DNA of 64,000 bases from an uncultured Ignavibacteria bacterium (GCA_964370935.1 CAYJKI010000003.1:26413-90412), one strand, 5' to 3'; positions 1-9,655 are shown, counted from the stretch's first letter. Notes: generated from the sequence alone by a model not told the origin. Program-made: numbers and translations.

Positions 1-592
1 TCTCCTTGTAGCTCTTCTCGACCTTCTCGAATTCAATGATAGCCCGCGCATAGTCGCGTTTGCCGTAATGACATTCTGCCAGCCAGTATTGGGCATCATC
101 TGTACGCGGCGTATCCGGGAACTGCCTGATAAACTCCTCGAATTGGAGAATTGCCAAGTCATAATTGCCGGATTTGAGGTCTGTGAAGGCGTTGTCGAAC
201 ATTTTGTTCTGGTCGATCGTCGGAAGTCCAGTCGATGGGGGAGTGGTAGTCGTGGATTCGGGAGCGAGCGGCCTGGTGGAAGCTGACGCGGTTTGACGTC
301 GATCCTGAATATCCCGGAGTTGCCGTTCAATGTCGGTCAGGCGGCCGTCGATGACACTCATCTTGTCGATCATCTCCGCCAACTGCGACTTGAGATCCGC
401 CTGATAGCGAACGTTGGCTTCAATCGTCAGCTTATAGAGAGAGTCAAGGCGACTCATATTTTCCTGTGTCTGCGAGGAGGACTTATACAGGTAGTCCAAT
501 TGACTCTGCATGGTCTCGATTTCGCTGCGCGAGGCGCAACTGACCAGTAGCAACGCCAGCCCCGCAATGCCCAGTATCCGTACTGCTTTCAT
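1..592 (-). CDS. cpoB: Tol-Pal system protein YbgF/CpoB, partial (3' end runs off the window edge)
   Basis: Not in the ORF track because no stop falls in the window. My translation of the minus strand from the ATG at 592-590 reads MKAVRILGIAGLALLLVSCASRSEIETMQSQLDYL... It has a lipobox (LVSC), a coiled-coil-like middle, a Thr/Pro linker and a TPR-like stretch (YWLAECHYGKRDYARAIIEFEKV). It lies directly downstream of pal, as in canonical tol-pal operons. It displaces + strand ORFs 68-286, 293-550 and 510-731. Confidence 0.75.
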   Translation of the reverse strand, partial: MKAVRILGIAGLALLLVSCASRSEIETMQSQLDYLYKSSSQTQENMSRLDSLYKLTIEANVRYQADLKSQLAEMIDKMSVIDGRLTDIERQLRDIQDRRQTASASTRPLAPESTTTTPPSTGLPTIDQNKMFDNAFTDLKSGNYDLAILQFEEFIRQFPDTPRTDDAQYWLAECHYGKRDYARAIIEFEKVEKSYKE

Positions 593-615
593 TGACCTTC
601 CTGTTGCAAAGCAAG

Positions 616-637
616 AAGGGCGGTCGAAACCGCCCTT
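616..637 (-). terminator. Intercistronic hairpin between pal and cpoB (possible attenuator or partial terminator)
   Basis: Perfect 9-bp stem aagggcggt / accgccctt (616-624 and 629-637) with a 4-nt loop, 10 nt downstream of the pal stop. The T tail on the minus strand is weak (cttgctttg). Confidence 0.35.
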
Positions 638-646
638 GATTGCTGG

Positions 647-1156
647 TTACTTTGTTACGAACTCGGCTCTTCGATTTTTCGCCCAGGCATCTTCGTTTGA
701 TCCAAACGCCGCCGGACGTTCCTTGCCGTAGCTGATGATCGATATCCGGTCTCTCGGAATACCCATGCTGACCAAGTAGTCCATGGCAGAACGGGCGCGC
801 TTCTCACCGAGTGCCAGGTTGTACTCAACCGTGCCGCGCTCATCGCAGTGTCCCTCGATCTGAATACGAACGTCGCTCTTTTCTTTCATGACTTCGTAAT
901 TGTTCTTCAAACCCGACTTGGCATCGTCGCGAAGATTGTATTTGTCGAAATCGAAGTAGATGGTTACGAAATCAAGCGGGGTGCTTGTATCGACCTGTTC
1001 ACCTTGGTCGGTATTCCCCTGATCGCCGGTATTACCGCCAGTAGTCTCGGTAGAGCGATCTTCCATTTCAGGTTCCACCGCCGGCTTCTTGCCGCAACCG
1101 GAAACCAAAATCGTAAAAGTAAGCAAAGCTAAAAGGACGAAATATTTTTTCATCAC
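647..1156 (-). CDS. pal: Peptidoglycan-associated lipoprotein Pal (OmpA family)
   Basis: Signal peptide with lipobox (ILVSGC). OmpA-like C-terminal domain (IYFDFDKYNLRDDA..., HCDERGTVEYNLALGEKRA..., AKNRRAEF). Sits in tol-pal context downstream of tolB. Confidence 0.92.
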   Translation of the reverse strand: MMKKYFVLLALLTFTILVSGCGKKPAVEPEMEDRSTETTGGNTGDQGNTDQGEQVDTSTPLDFVTIYFDFDKYNLRDDAKSGLKNNYEVMKEKSDVRIQIEGHCDERGTVEYNLALGEKRARSAMDYLVSMGIPRDRISIISYGKERPAAFGSNEDAWAKNRRAEFVTK

Positions 1157-1305
1157 GTCTCCTCCGTGTTTTATAAATTATCCATTCAAACTACACGATA
1201 AAGCACTCGCGCGTTCCCACGATTGTGCATTCAAAGAATCTCCACTCAATTATATACGCAGTTCAACACATTTGTCAATTGAAACAGGTGAAAATGCACT
1301 CTCCG

Positions 1306-2649
1306 CTAAGGGATATACGGCTGCCAGGCCGGATTCGAAGATTGTCCATCACTGGTGATCTTTTTGATCTTCTGGCTGAACCGGTCCATAATATATAGAT
1401 CACTCTTTTTGCCCTGATATTTGCAATAGACCAGATGCCAGCCATCCGGCGACCAGTGGGGGTTTTCATTCGAGCCGGTCTGGTCGAGCTTCTGGAAGTT
1501 CTGTCCGGTAACGTCAATCGTGCAAACCCGGAACCTGCCATCATCGCCACGCGAGACAAACACCATTACGTCACCTTTTGGTGAGAACCTCGGGGAGTCG
1601 TTGTATTTGCCCTCGTAGGTCAACCGAGTCACCCCGAATCCCTCGGAGTCCATGACGAATATTTGGGGCTGTCCGGCGCGATCCGATGAGAAGGCGATCT
1701 CCCGTCCCGTTGGCGACCAGGTACCCGAGACCTCGATGGAAGGTAACTGCGTGAGGCGCCGTTTGATCTTTCCTTTGCGGTCGACGACATAGAGTTCGGA
1801 GTTGCCGTCTTTGGAGAGGGTAATGACGATTTCTTTGTTGTCCGGAGACACCTCTGCGGCATTGTTGGAGCCCTGGTAGGCGGATATCGCCTGTGATTTG
1901 CCGGTGCGGATATCGCGTTCCCAAACCTCCATGCGGCCGGTCCGGTAGGTCGTGAACAGCAGCTTCTCTTCCTTTCGATCCCAGGCGGGTGAGAGATTCA
2001 GAGTCTTGTCAGCTGTGATCTGAATCGGGTTGGCGCCATCATAGTCGCAAAGGTACAATTCCTTGTGTCCGGTCTCTGACGAGACATAGGCAATCCTCGT
2101 GGTGAAGAATCCCTTTTCGGCGGCGATGTGCTCAACTGCCGCGTCGGATATCATGTGCGCCAGCCGGCGGTAATTTGCAATTGTTGTCGATAGCTTTTCC
2201 GAGGTCAACTCTTGAATCCGCGGGCTAAGTTCGTGGATGCGATACAGCACCTTGACTTCACCGCCGACCAACTCGATATCGCCTTCTATCAAGTAGTCGG
2301 CGCCCATCCGCTGCCAGACATCCGGAGTAATATCTTTAATTTCCCAAACATCGAGATAGAACTGGCTTTTGGGGATGGTATCGAAAAAGATGTGGAAGTC
2401 GAGATCATCAGTGACGATTTTCTGCATTGCCTTTGCGAGTGAATCGGTAGTCAACGAGAGCTGGCCTATGACCTTGAAATCGCCGATTGCGACCTTGTAC
2501 GGCTTCCAGTTTCCGGTGCGGATCTTTTGCGCGAGATCGAGAGTCTGCGCGTCTGCGAATTCGAATGTCGCTGCCAAGCCGACTATCGCCAATATAATCA
2601 CTGCCGTAATGTAGAAGGTGATGTTGCGTTTCATTGTGCGATTTGCCAA
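1306..2649 (-). CDS. tolB: Tol-Pal system beta-propeller protein TolB
   Basis: 447 aa with an N-terminal signal/anchor and a TolB N-domain. Repeated WD40-like PD40 propeller motifs are present (SPAWDRKEEKLLFT, EVSPDNKEIVIT, TWSPTGREIAFSSDR, PRFSPKGDVMVFVS, PHWSPDGWHLVY). Located between the tolA-like gene and pal. Confidence 0.93.
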   Translation of the reverse strand: MANRTMKRNITFYITAVIILAIVGLAATFEFADAQTLDLAQKIRTGNWKPYKVAIGDFKVIGQLSLTTDSLAKAMQKIVTDDLDFHIFFDTIPKSQFYLDVWEIKDITPDVWQRMGADYLIEGDIELVGGEVKVLYRIHELSPRIQELTSEKLSTTIANYRRLAHMISDAAVEHIAAEKGFFTTRIAYVSSETGHKELYLCDYDGANPIQITADKTLNLSPAWDRKEEKLLFTTYRTGRMEVWERDIRTGKSQAISAYQGSNNAAEVSPDNKEIVITLSKDGNSELYVVDRKGKIKRRLTQLPSIEVSGTWSPTGREIAFSSDRAGQPQIFVMDSEGFGVTRLTYEGKYNDSPRFSPKGDVMVFVSRGDDGRFRVCTIDVTGQNFQKLDQTGSNENPHWSPDGWHLVYCKYQGKKSDLYIMDRFSQKIKKITSDGQSSNPAWQPYIP

Positions 2650-2667
2650 TTATGTTCTCTCTTTCCC

Positions 2668-3414
2668 TTACATTCCCGGTACGTACTCAAAGTCGAGATG
2701 CAGGCCAATGTACTGATAGTTGAAACTTGCGGGAAATGCCGGGAATTGTCCCGCGCGCTTAATTGCCAGCACGCAGCCCTGATCGAAGGCAGTCATGCCC
2801 GATGATTTCTCTATGATCGGTTCACCGACGACATAGCCGTATCGGTCAATTTGAAAGTATACGGTACACGTAATCGGATTGACGTCCGTTACGACATTCC
2901 GCCAGTTGCGCTCAATAACCTTCAGCACCATGCCGATGTTGTACGGCAAGTTCCCGCTGCCGGAACCAACTCCGGTACCGGCGCCGGTTCCGCCGACCTT
3001 CTCATTGACTTCGATGCCGCCGTCGCTGTTGATCTTCGGCGTATTGTCTTTGCTCTCTGACTTTGATTCCGACCCTTCGTCGTTTGCAGTGCGCTTTGAT
3101 TCTTCCTTCTTTTTTTCCGGCTCTTTCTTCTTGGGCTTCTCTTTTGGTTTCTCGACGGGTGCTGCTTTCTTTTCCGGAGGCTTAATTTTTGGCGTGTCGT
3201 CGACTTCGTCTGGGGTCTTGCCGGATTTTGGCGGCGCGATATTAGCCGGTTCGGGATCGGAGCGTTTCGCACCGCCGCCCATTTCTTCAAAGGTCTTGAC
3301 GATGATGATCTCCGGCTTCGGACGCAACATCGCAGAGATCGGATTGATTACTGCAATTATCGCGATCAGCGTCAAGTGAGCGACCAGCGATATGATCAGA
3401 TCCTTCTTCAACAT
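2668..3414 (-). CDS. TolA/TonB-family energy-transducer protein
   Basis: N-terminal TM helix (LIISLVAHLTLIAIIAVI), a long Lys/Pro/Glu-rich linker (KPPEKKAAPVEKPKEKPKKKEPEKKKEE) and a C-terminal TonB_C/TolA_C-like domain. Occupies the tolA position between tolR and tolB. Confidence 0.8.
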   Translation of the reverse strand: MLKKDLIISLVAHLTLIAIIAVINPISAMLRPKPEIIIVKTFEEMGGGAKRSDPEPANIAPPKSGKTPDEVDDTPKIKPPEKKAAPVEKPKEKPKKKEPEKKKEESKRTANDEGSESKSESKDNTPKINSDGGIEVNEKVGGTGAGTGVGSGSGNLPYNIGMVLKVIERNWRNVVTDVNPITCTVYFQIDRYGYVVGEPIIEKSSGMTAFDQGCVLAIKRAGQFPAFPASFNYQYIGLHLDFEYVPGM

Positions 3415-3441
3415 GCTGTCTTGCCGTGACTCTCCGTTGTT

Positions 3442-3876
3442 CTACTTGGAGCGTTTCGGTTTGAGATCGCCTTCAGGTAACTTCGTAACCAAACCGACTT
3501 CGGCGATGCCTGCCGCTTTGATGTAGCCCATCACCATGATGACATTACCGTGCGTGACTGACTTGTCCGCCCGCAGGAAGACCGCCTTCTCCTCGGCGCT
3601 GGCGTATGCTTCTTTGATGCGCGCCTCGAATTGCGCCGGTTCGACAACGCGATCGTCTATGTAGTATACGCCGCGTTCATCGATTGTAACAACCACGCCT
3701 TCCGAGAGTGTGGCGTCGGCAACCTTGGTTTGCGGCAGATCGACATTGATACCCGATTGCATCAGCGGAGCGCTGATCATAAAGACGATCAGGATCACCA
3801 AAACGACGTCCACCAGATTGGCGACGTTGATGTCGTGCATTTTCGTATATGAGCGCTGACGGCGTTTGTGAGCCAC
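3442..3876 (-). CDS. tolR: Biopolymer transport protein TolR/ExbD
   Basis: 144 aa. ExbD/TolR signature (DINVANLVDVVLVILIVFMISAP plus a periplasmic domain). The GTG start overlaps the tolQ stop by 1 nt (taGtg). Confidence 0.9.
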   Translation of the reverse strand: MAHKRRQRSYTKMHDINVANLVDVVLVILIVFMISAPLMQSGINVDLPQTKVADATLSEGVVVTIDERGVYYIDDRVVEPAQFEARIKEAYASAEEKAVFLRADKSVTHGNVIMVMGYIKAAGIAEVGLVTKLPEGDLKPKRSK

Positions 3877-4607
3877 TAAATCTGCTCCTTGGTCAGGGCG
3901 GCCAGGAACTCCAGCGAGAAGTTGTTCAAGTCATCAGCGAAGAATTTCAATTTCGTGCTCGCCCAGTTGTATGCCATGACCGCAGGTATTGCTACAGCCA
4001 GACCGACGATGGTCGCGATTAAGGCTTCCGCGATACCGGGCGCCACTACAACCAATGAGGCCGAGCCCTGCTGCCCGATATTCATAAACGAATTCATGAT
4101 GCCGTAGCAGGTTCCGAGCAGGCCGATGAACGGCGCGGAGTTGGCTGCGGTAGCGAGGAAGGCGACGTTTCTTTCCAGTATTTTGATCTGTTCGTTGGAC
4201 TCTTTTTCGAGGATACGATCGATAGCTTCCATCTCGTCCGGCTCAAGCTTGACAACCTCACCGGGTTTACGGTCGCTGCCGTTTTTGGCGGCAATCAGCG
4301 ATTCCCACTCGCGGTAGCCTTCTTCAAAGACGCGAGTCATCGGCGAAGACTTGTAGAGCAGGCACTTGGAATGCGCTTCCTTGACGCTGGTTCTGCGGCG
4401 GAAGGTGTGATGAAACCGGGCGCCGTCGGCATGGGCGGCTTTGTAGACTTTCCACTTATTGAGAATTATTCCCCAGGTCATCAAGCTCATGACCAACAGA
4501 ACACCCAAAATCAACCAGCCGAAGAACGACATGTGGGAGAGTAATTCCCACAGCCCACCCTGTATTAGAAGAACTTTTGCGATTGGCAAATCCCACTCCG
4601 AGAACAA
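3876..4607 (-). CDS. tolQ: Tol-Pal system proton-channel protein TolQ (MotA/TolQ/ExbB family)
   Basis: 243 aa with three TM segments. Conserved C-terminal motif (ATAANSAPFIGLLGTCYGIMNSF...VAPGIAEALIATIVGLAVAIPA). Confidence 0.9.
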   Translation of the reverse strand: MFSEWDLPIAKVLLIQGGLWELLSHMSFFGWLILGVLLVMSLMTWGIILNKWKVYKAAHADGARFHHTFRRRTSVKEAHSKCLLYKSSPMTRVFEEGYREWESLIAAKNGSDRKPGEVVKLEPDEMEAIDRILEKESNEQIKILERNVAFLATAANSAPFIGLLGTCYGIMNSFMNIGQQGSASLVVVAPGIAEALIATIVGLAVAIPAVMAYNWASTKLKFFADDLNNFSLEFLAALTKEQI

Positions 4608-4737
4608 AGTTTAAGCACTCCGCCTGATGACTAAGTAGTATACAGACCAACAAGGCGGTTATTTCCCTCAACAATGTAGAAACTTGTCAGTGAACGGCAA
4701 ATCCTTTTATGGTATTGCGCGCCAACAGGATAACGTA

Positions 4738-6165
4738 TCAGCCGGCAGTGGGGTCTGTGAGGTCATCAATGCTGTCATTTCTCCCAGGAAAAATGACAAT
4801 GTTATCTGCGATTTGAGCCGAGAACTTTTTGTCATGCGTTATGACAATGATATCGCGACCGGATTGGTGCAGGCGCAAAATCAAGTCTCGCACTCGAGCC
4901 CGTCCGTGCCAATCCAATCCAGCGGTTGATTCATCGAAGATCATGACCTGTCGATCAAGCGCCATGATTGATGCAACTGCAACCAGTCGCTGTTCACCGG
5001 AAGATAAGGTTAGTGGATTGCGTGTGAGAAACAGATCAGGGTCGAGTCCAACTTGCTCAAGTGCGGCGTGGACCTTAGCGGCAATCGACTCTTCGGGCAC
5101 CTTCTGGTTGCGCAGTCCGAATGCGATTTCTTCGAATACTGTCTCGGCAAAGATCGCCGACTCGGGAATCTGGAATACGACTCCTACCTTTTTCAATCGG
5201 TCATTGAGTGAACCTGCGATACCGTTTAAGAGAATCTCACCTTCTTGGGGATCGAGCAGACCAGCGATGAGCAGACCGATTGTAGTTTTTCCGCTACCCG
5301 AAGGTCCGGAGAGAACTGTTACTTCGCCCGAGTGGAAAATCAACTTGCTCCAGTTCAATGACTCGGTGGAGTTTGGATAGTTGAATCGGACATCGCGCAT
5401 TTCAACGGCTGGAGCGGCGTAATTGTGAGTTAGTTGCCGTTGTTTGTTTGGGTTTTCCGTATCCAGAATTTCGGTGAACATTGAAGACGACTGAAATTCC
5501 TGTGCAGGACCGTCAAAGATGATCTGTCCACTTTCCATGAAGACCACGCGATCATATTCTTCGATGTCGGCAGTATTCTGCGTCGCAGCAAGTATGCACC
5601 ACTCGCGCGAACCGAACACTGTTTCGAGAATGAACTCTTGTCCTTCCTGATCAAGATAGCTCGTTGGTTCGTCAAGGATCAGAATCTTCGGAGAAGAAAT
5701 CAGCGTCGCCGCCAGCGCCAATCGTTGTTTCTCACCCGCCGAAAGTTGTGATGGGTGCCGGTGCAGCAAATCGAGTAGCCGAAATCGCGCGGCGAATTCG
5801 GTAATGCGGGCCCCTATCTCGTCGCGGTTAATGTTGAGATTCTCAAGTGTGAAGGCGAGTTCAGCCTTAACAGATGCGGTTAGAATTTGGTCTTCCGGAT
5901 TTTGGAAGATGAAACCAAGCTGGGCTCTTTGTCGATTGAACCGATGATGATCGCGAGTCGACAAGCCGGAGATCGTGACTTCACCGAACTCTGGCGCAAC
6001 CATGCCCGCCGCGAGTTTGAGAAGCGTCGACTTCCCGGAGCCGTTGCGTCCAAGCAGGCAGACTCGTTCACCCGAGGCAACAGTGAGGTTGATGTTTCGT
6101 AGCGCAAAAGTGTTTGCGCCATAACCGAAGCTAACATTTGTGAATTGAATCATACTTAACAGCAC
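4738..6165 (-). CDS. ABC transporter ATP-binding protein with duplicated ATPase domains (ECF/CbiO-like)
   Basis: Two Walker A motifs (GRNGSGKST, GPSGSGKTT), two ABC signatures (LSAGEKQRLALA, LSSGEQRLVAVA) and two Walker B motifs (ILILDEPTS, VMIFDEST). No permease or S/T component is adjacent. Confidence 0.88.
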   Translation of the reverse strand: MLLSMIQFTNVSFGYGANTFALRNINLTVASGERVCLLGRNGSGKSTLLKLAAGMVAPEFGEVTISGLSTRDHHRFNRQRAQLGFIFQNPEDQILTASVKAELAFTLENLNINRDEIGARITEFAARFRLLDLLHRHPSQLSAGEKQRLALAATLISSPKILILDEPTSYLDQEGQEFILETVFGSREWCILAATQNTADIEEYDRVVFMESGQIIFDGPAQEFQSSSMFTEILDTENPNKQRQLTHNYAAPAVEMRDVRFNYPNSTESLNWSKLIFHSGEVTVLSGPSGSGKTTIGLLIAGLLDPQEGEILLNGIAGSLNDRLKKVGVVFQIPESAIFAETVFEEIAFGLRNQKVPEESIAAKVHAALEQVGLDPDLFLTRNPLTLSSGEQRLVAVASIMALDRQVMIFDESTAGLDWHGRARVRDLILRLHQSGRDIIVITHDKKFSAQIADNIVIFPGRNDSIDDLTDPTAG

Positions 6166-6217
6166 CCGCAGGTGCTTGCAAGTATCGACTATTCGTGCGA
6201 GACGGTCAAGCCCTCAT

Positions 6218-6775
6218 CTACTGGATTCCGAGCGACTCCAGATATGCGAGTACTTCCAGCGCCTGTTCGCCGCCTTTCTTGGCGTGATGGATAAGGCTTA
6301 GGCCATGGGCGCCACGGCTGTGAATCAAGTAGGGATAGCTGGTCAGGAACCCTCTGACGATTTCCGTCTGGCCCAGCATTGTTGCCGTAAACAGATTGGC
6401 TCGGGCACCCTGGGACATTAGATAGAGTGCTATGTCGCGGTCGCCGACGTGTGAGGCGGCTTCGATTCCGGCCTCGAAGTCACCGCCGCCCCAATCCCAG
6501 CTCACGTGCAGAAGCTGTGGGGTCTCGGTCAGCATCTGTTGGACGGCAGTGAGGTCAGAGTGGCTGACGCGCACAAATTCTTTCACCAGTGCGCCTTCGA
6601 TCTGGGGGCCTTTGTCCTTTGCTGGCTTTTTGTTTTTGATGGCCGATGAATCCGGTTGGGACATTTGACCCAAGAGTACTTGCGGCGTTAGCAGTGCCGC
6701 CATCCCAGCCGCCGCAGTTCCGAAAAACGCACGCCGGTCAGTGGTGCCGTTAATCAACGAAGATACATCAATCAT
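6218..6775 (-). CDS. Ankyrin-repeat protein with a twin-arginine (Tat) signal peptide
   Basis: N-terminus has TDRRAFFGTAAAGMAALL, a Tat-like RR motif followed by a hydrophobic region. ANK-like repeats follow (GIEAASHVGDRDIALYLMSQGA; AHGLSLIHHAKKGGEQALEVLAYLESLG). Confidence 0.65.
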   Translation of the reverse strand: MIDVSSLINGTTDRRAFFGTAAAGMAALLTPQVLLGQMSQPDSSAIKNKKPAKDKGPQIEGALVKEFVRVSHSDLTAVQQMLTETPQLLHVSWDWGGGDFEAGIEAASHVGDRDIALYLMSQGARANLFTATMLGQTEIVRGFLTSYPYLIHSRGAHGLSLIHHAKKGGEQALEVLAYLESLGIQ

Positions 6776-6974
6776 ACCAGCTACTCCTTGTTGTAGGTAA
6801 TTTCACGGCGAATAGTATGTGCCGTTGCGGCATCTCTGGTTTTTGGATACGAAAACTGGAGTCGGTTAGTCGATGAAATTTCTAAAAGAGCAGGATTTTA
6901 TATGAAGGAGATTTTTCCGTAACGATTGTCGTTCGCTTTCCCCCTTTGACAGTTTTGATGCCCGGACTGATGTC

Positions 6975-7400
6975 CTAAACTACCATTGATTTGCCAGCAG
7001 GCGGCAATAGTGGATATGCCGCTTTGGCGGCATGACTCCGGTCGCGCGAGGTGTTTCCGGAGAGCATGATGACTTCGCTTTTATTATCTAACCATTCCAG
7101 CAATTCGAATCCGTCACCGTCAGGAAGGAAGTAGTCGACGAGGACTATCTGGTACTGGTTTTTGCGCGTGAATTCATAGGCTTGTTTAATGGTCAGGGCA
7201 GCATCAATAGCGGCGAATCCCTGTCCGACCATTGCTATACGTGCGTGAGTCAAGTCGCAGGGATTGGCCTCGACGACGAGGACTCGTCCCTTCTCGGCAG
7301 ATCCCAATTGCTCGACTACGATCTCAACGAGTTCACCCTTACGGCATCGACTTGCGGCTAACATTGGCTCTCCTTCGACCGATTCCCGGTCGGTTTCCAT
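6975..7400 (-). CDS. Stand-alone response-regulator receiver domain, possibly C-terminally truncated
   Basis: CheY-like layout: RVLVVEAN (beta1), IVLVDYFLPDGDGFELLEWL (phospho-acceptor Asp region) and VIMLSG (conserved Ser/Thr position). The sequence stops shortly after the beta5 region with no clear alpha5 and no output domain. The start codon is uncertain. Confidence 0.6.
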   Translation of the reverse strand: METDRESVEGEPMLAASRCRKGELVEIVVEQLGSAEKGRVLVVEANPCDLTHARIAMVGQGFAAIDAALTIKQAYEFTRKNQYQIVLVDYFLPDGDGFELLEWLDNKSEVIMLSGNTSRDRSHAAKAAYPLLPPAGKSMVV

Positions 7401-7712
7401 TTCAGAGTTTCTGATTCAATTGTCGTCAATATACAGGACTTTCTTTATCCTGTCAATTTAAAAAGATATAAAATCTATCCCATTTTACTATTCAATTGGA
7501 CTAAGAGTGATGTAAGTGATTTGTGCACAATCAATTACAGTTCATTACGATTGTGCTTTCATAATACACTGATAGGATAAGCACGATTAAACTAATCTAA
7601 GTTTGAGTTTGCGTTAGGGAAATTGAAGCATAGATTGCGACTTATGAGTCAGGAATCTATTGGTTTCCTATAATTGAAATTCCAAGGCATTGGTCCAAGG
7701 GCAGAATAGACT

Positions 7713-8147
7713 ATGTTATATCCTCAATCGACAGCTTACACGATCCAAGCACTTGGTTATTTGGCGACGCTTGCGCCGGGTGAGTCGATCAAGGCACGGG
7801 CGTTGGCACACGCCCTCGGTATGCCTGAACCATACCTCGCCAAGGTCCTTAGTCAGTTGGTCCGCAAGCGATTCATTTCATCGAGCAAAGGTCCGAACGG
7901 TGGGTTTGCATTGGCAGTCGACCCCAAAACAGTTACTCTTTATCGTATCATGGCGGCAACTGACAGTCTTCGGGCTCTGGAAGATGAGTGCGTGATGGGA
8001 CTACGCGCTTGCTCTTCAGAGGCACCATGTGCTTTTCACGATAGTTGGCTTAAATTCAAAGAGCGGGTCATAATGCAGGCACAAGAATTGACAATCTCCG
8101 ATCTATCCGAAATCGTGATGGCTAAACTGCGTTTGAACGGGAAGTAA
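7713..8147 (+). CDS. Rrf2-family transcriptional regulator (IscR/NsrR-like, predicted Fe-S binding)
   Basis: N-terminal wHTH typical of Rrf2 (STAYTIQALGYLA...ARALAHALGMPEPYLAKVLSQLVRKRFISSSKGPNGGF). Cys/His cluster ECVMGLRACSSEAPCAFH has C-x6-C-x5-C-x2-H spacing, resembling the IscR cluster ligands. Confidence 0.85.
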   Translation: MLYPQSTAYTIQALGYLATLAPGESIKARALAHALGMPEPYLAKVLSQLVRKRFISSSKGPNGGFALAVDPKTVTLYRIMAATDSLRALEDECVMGLRACSSEAPCAFHDSWLKFKERVIMQAQELTISDLSEIVMAKLRLNGK

Positions 8148-8350
8148 TCTCGCAACTAAATCCTACCCACCGGAAGAGCCAAGTCGACTTCACTCCATCC
8201 AGACAACTACGATATTCGCCGTTAGGGAAGCACCCGCGCGACTGCCTGAATCTTGTTACCAATTGGTTGCGGAAGCGATATAATGAGAACGGTTACAAAT
8301 GCGGGTAAGTGGATGGAATTAATGGCATTGTTGTTGGGAGACACAAGTAG

Positions 8351-9655
8351 GTGAATCTGCGGTCGAGTGAGGGTTTTCCGAAAGTCGCGGTTATCGGGGC
8401 CGGTGCAGCCGGCTACTTTGCTGCGATCACCTGTGCCGAGAATTTCCGACGTGCACGGGTTGTAATCCTCGAGGCCAGCCGCCAGCCTCTTTACAAGGTT
8501 GGAATTTCCGGAGGCGGGCGCTGCAATGTCACCAACAACAATTTCGAGATTGATCGTCTTCTACAGGGTTACCCGCGTGGGCACAAGGAACTGATTGGAC
8601 CATTTCAGCGATTTGCCACGCGCGATACAGTCAATTGGTTTGCCGCTCGCGGCGTTAAGCTCAAAGCCGAAGCCGATGGCCGTATGTTTCCGATAAGCGA
8701 TGATTCAGCCACCATTATAAAGTGTCTTGAGGAAGCCGCGGAGAAGGCGGGAGTACATGTATGGCTACACGCACGCGTCGATGCCGTCCAGGCCCGCGAG
8801 AATTCCGGATTCACTATCTCGCTGAAGGAAGGTGAAGCGCAGGAATTTGACCGCGTCTTGATTGCCACCGGTTCAAGTCCCTCTGGATATAAGGTTGCCC
8901 AGTCGCTGGGCCACACGATTGTTCCGCCGGTGCCTTCGCTGTTTACGTTCAATATCAAGGACGATCGTTTGAAGGACTTCGCCGGACTTAGTTTTGAAGA
9001 CGCGCATCTTAAACTCCGATTCCCTGATGACAAGCGTCTCAAATGGAGCGGACCGCTGTTAATCACGCACTGGGGATTGAGCGGTCCGGCAGTGCTCAAG
9101 CTATCTGCTTGGGGCGCCAGGCTTCTCTATGCCAGCCGCTATCAAGCGGACCTCGTTGTGAACTTTCTCGGGACGATGAGTAATTCAGAAGTCTTGCAGC
9201 TCATGCGGGATTACCGAAATGAATTCCCCAAACGCACAATTGTCGGCCACAATTTTCTTCCGATTGTCAAGCGCTACTGGGAGCGCACTGTTCGGCGAGC
9301 CGGTATAGACGACGACACCAATTGGTCGCACGTCACCCGCGAGCAGACGCAGCAAATTGCTGACGAGCTAACGACGGCGGTTTTCAAAGTGACCGGCAAG
9401 GGAGAATTCAAGGAGGAGTTTGTTACAGCTGGTGGCGTGAAGTTGAAAGAGGTTGATTTTCGCTCGATGGAGAGCCGTCTGTGCCCAGGTCTCTATTTCG
9501 CCGGTGAAGTGCTCGATATAGACGGCATCACAGGCGGTTACAATTTTCAGGCGGCGTGGAGCACCGGATGGATAGCGGGGAAGAGCATCGGATTGGTGGA
9601 AGATTACACCAAATTTGAAAGCGGAAGCCCAGGGAAGGAGAATAATGATGAATGA
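8351..9655 (+). CDS. HI0933/BaiN-family FAD-dependent oxidoreductase (flavoprotein)
   Basis: GTG start. Dinucleotide-binding motif VAVIGAGAAGYFAA. Family-typical ISGGGRCNVTN, LITHWGLSGPAVL and a C-terminal FAGEVLDIDGITGGYNFQAAWSTG. Confidence 0.85.
   Translation: MNLRSSEGFPKVAVIGAGAAGYFAAITCAENFRRARVVILEASRQPLYKVGISGGGRCNVTNNNFEIDRLLQGYPRGHKELIGPFQRFATRDTVNWFAARGVKLKAEADGRMFPISDDSATIIKCLEEAAEKAGVHVWLHARVDAVQARENSGFTISLKEGEAQEFDRVLIATGSSPSGYKVAQSLGHTIVPPVPSLFTFNIKDDRLKDFAGLSFEDAHLKLRFPDDKRLKWSGPLLITHWGLSGPAVLKLSAWGARLLYASRYQADLVVNFLGTMSNSEVLQLMRDYRNEFPKRTIVGHNFLPIVKRYWERTVRRAGIDDDTNWSHVTREQTQQIADELTTAVFKVTGKGEFKEEFVTAGGVKLKEVDFRSMESRLCPGLYFAGEVLDIDGITGGYNFQAAWSTGWIAGKSIGLVEDYTKFESGSPGKENNDE

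Noticed and set aside
68-731. Three + strand ORFs (68-286, 293-550, 510-731) at the left edge
   Set aside because: The minus strand here encodes a coherent lipoprotein with YbgF/CpoB features, directly downstream of pal. The + strand ORFs have no recognisable motifs and overlap that gene and pal.
3040-3260. Low-complexity purine/pyrimidine-rich tract, with long overlapping ORFs in other frames (2879-3379 on +, 2922-3290 on -)
   Set aside because: It is explained by the Lys/Pro/Glu-rich linker of the TolA/TonB-like protein. The alternative frames are by-products of that compositional bias.
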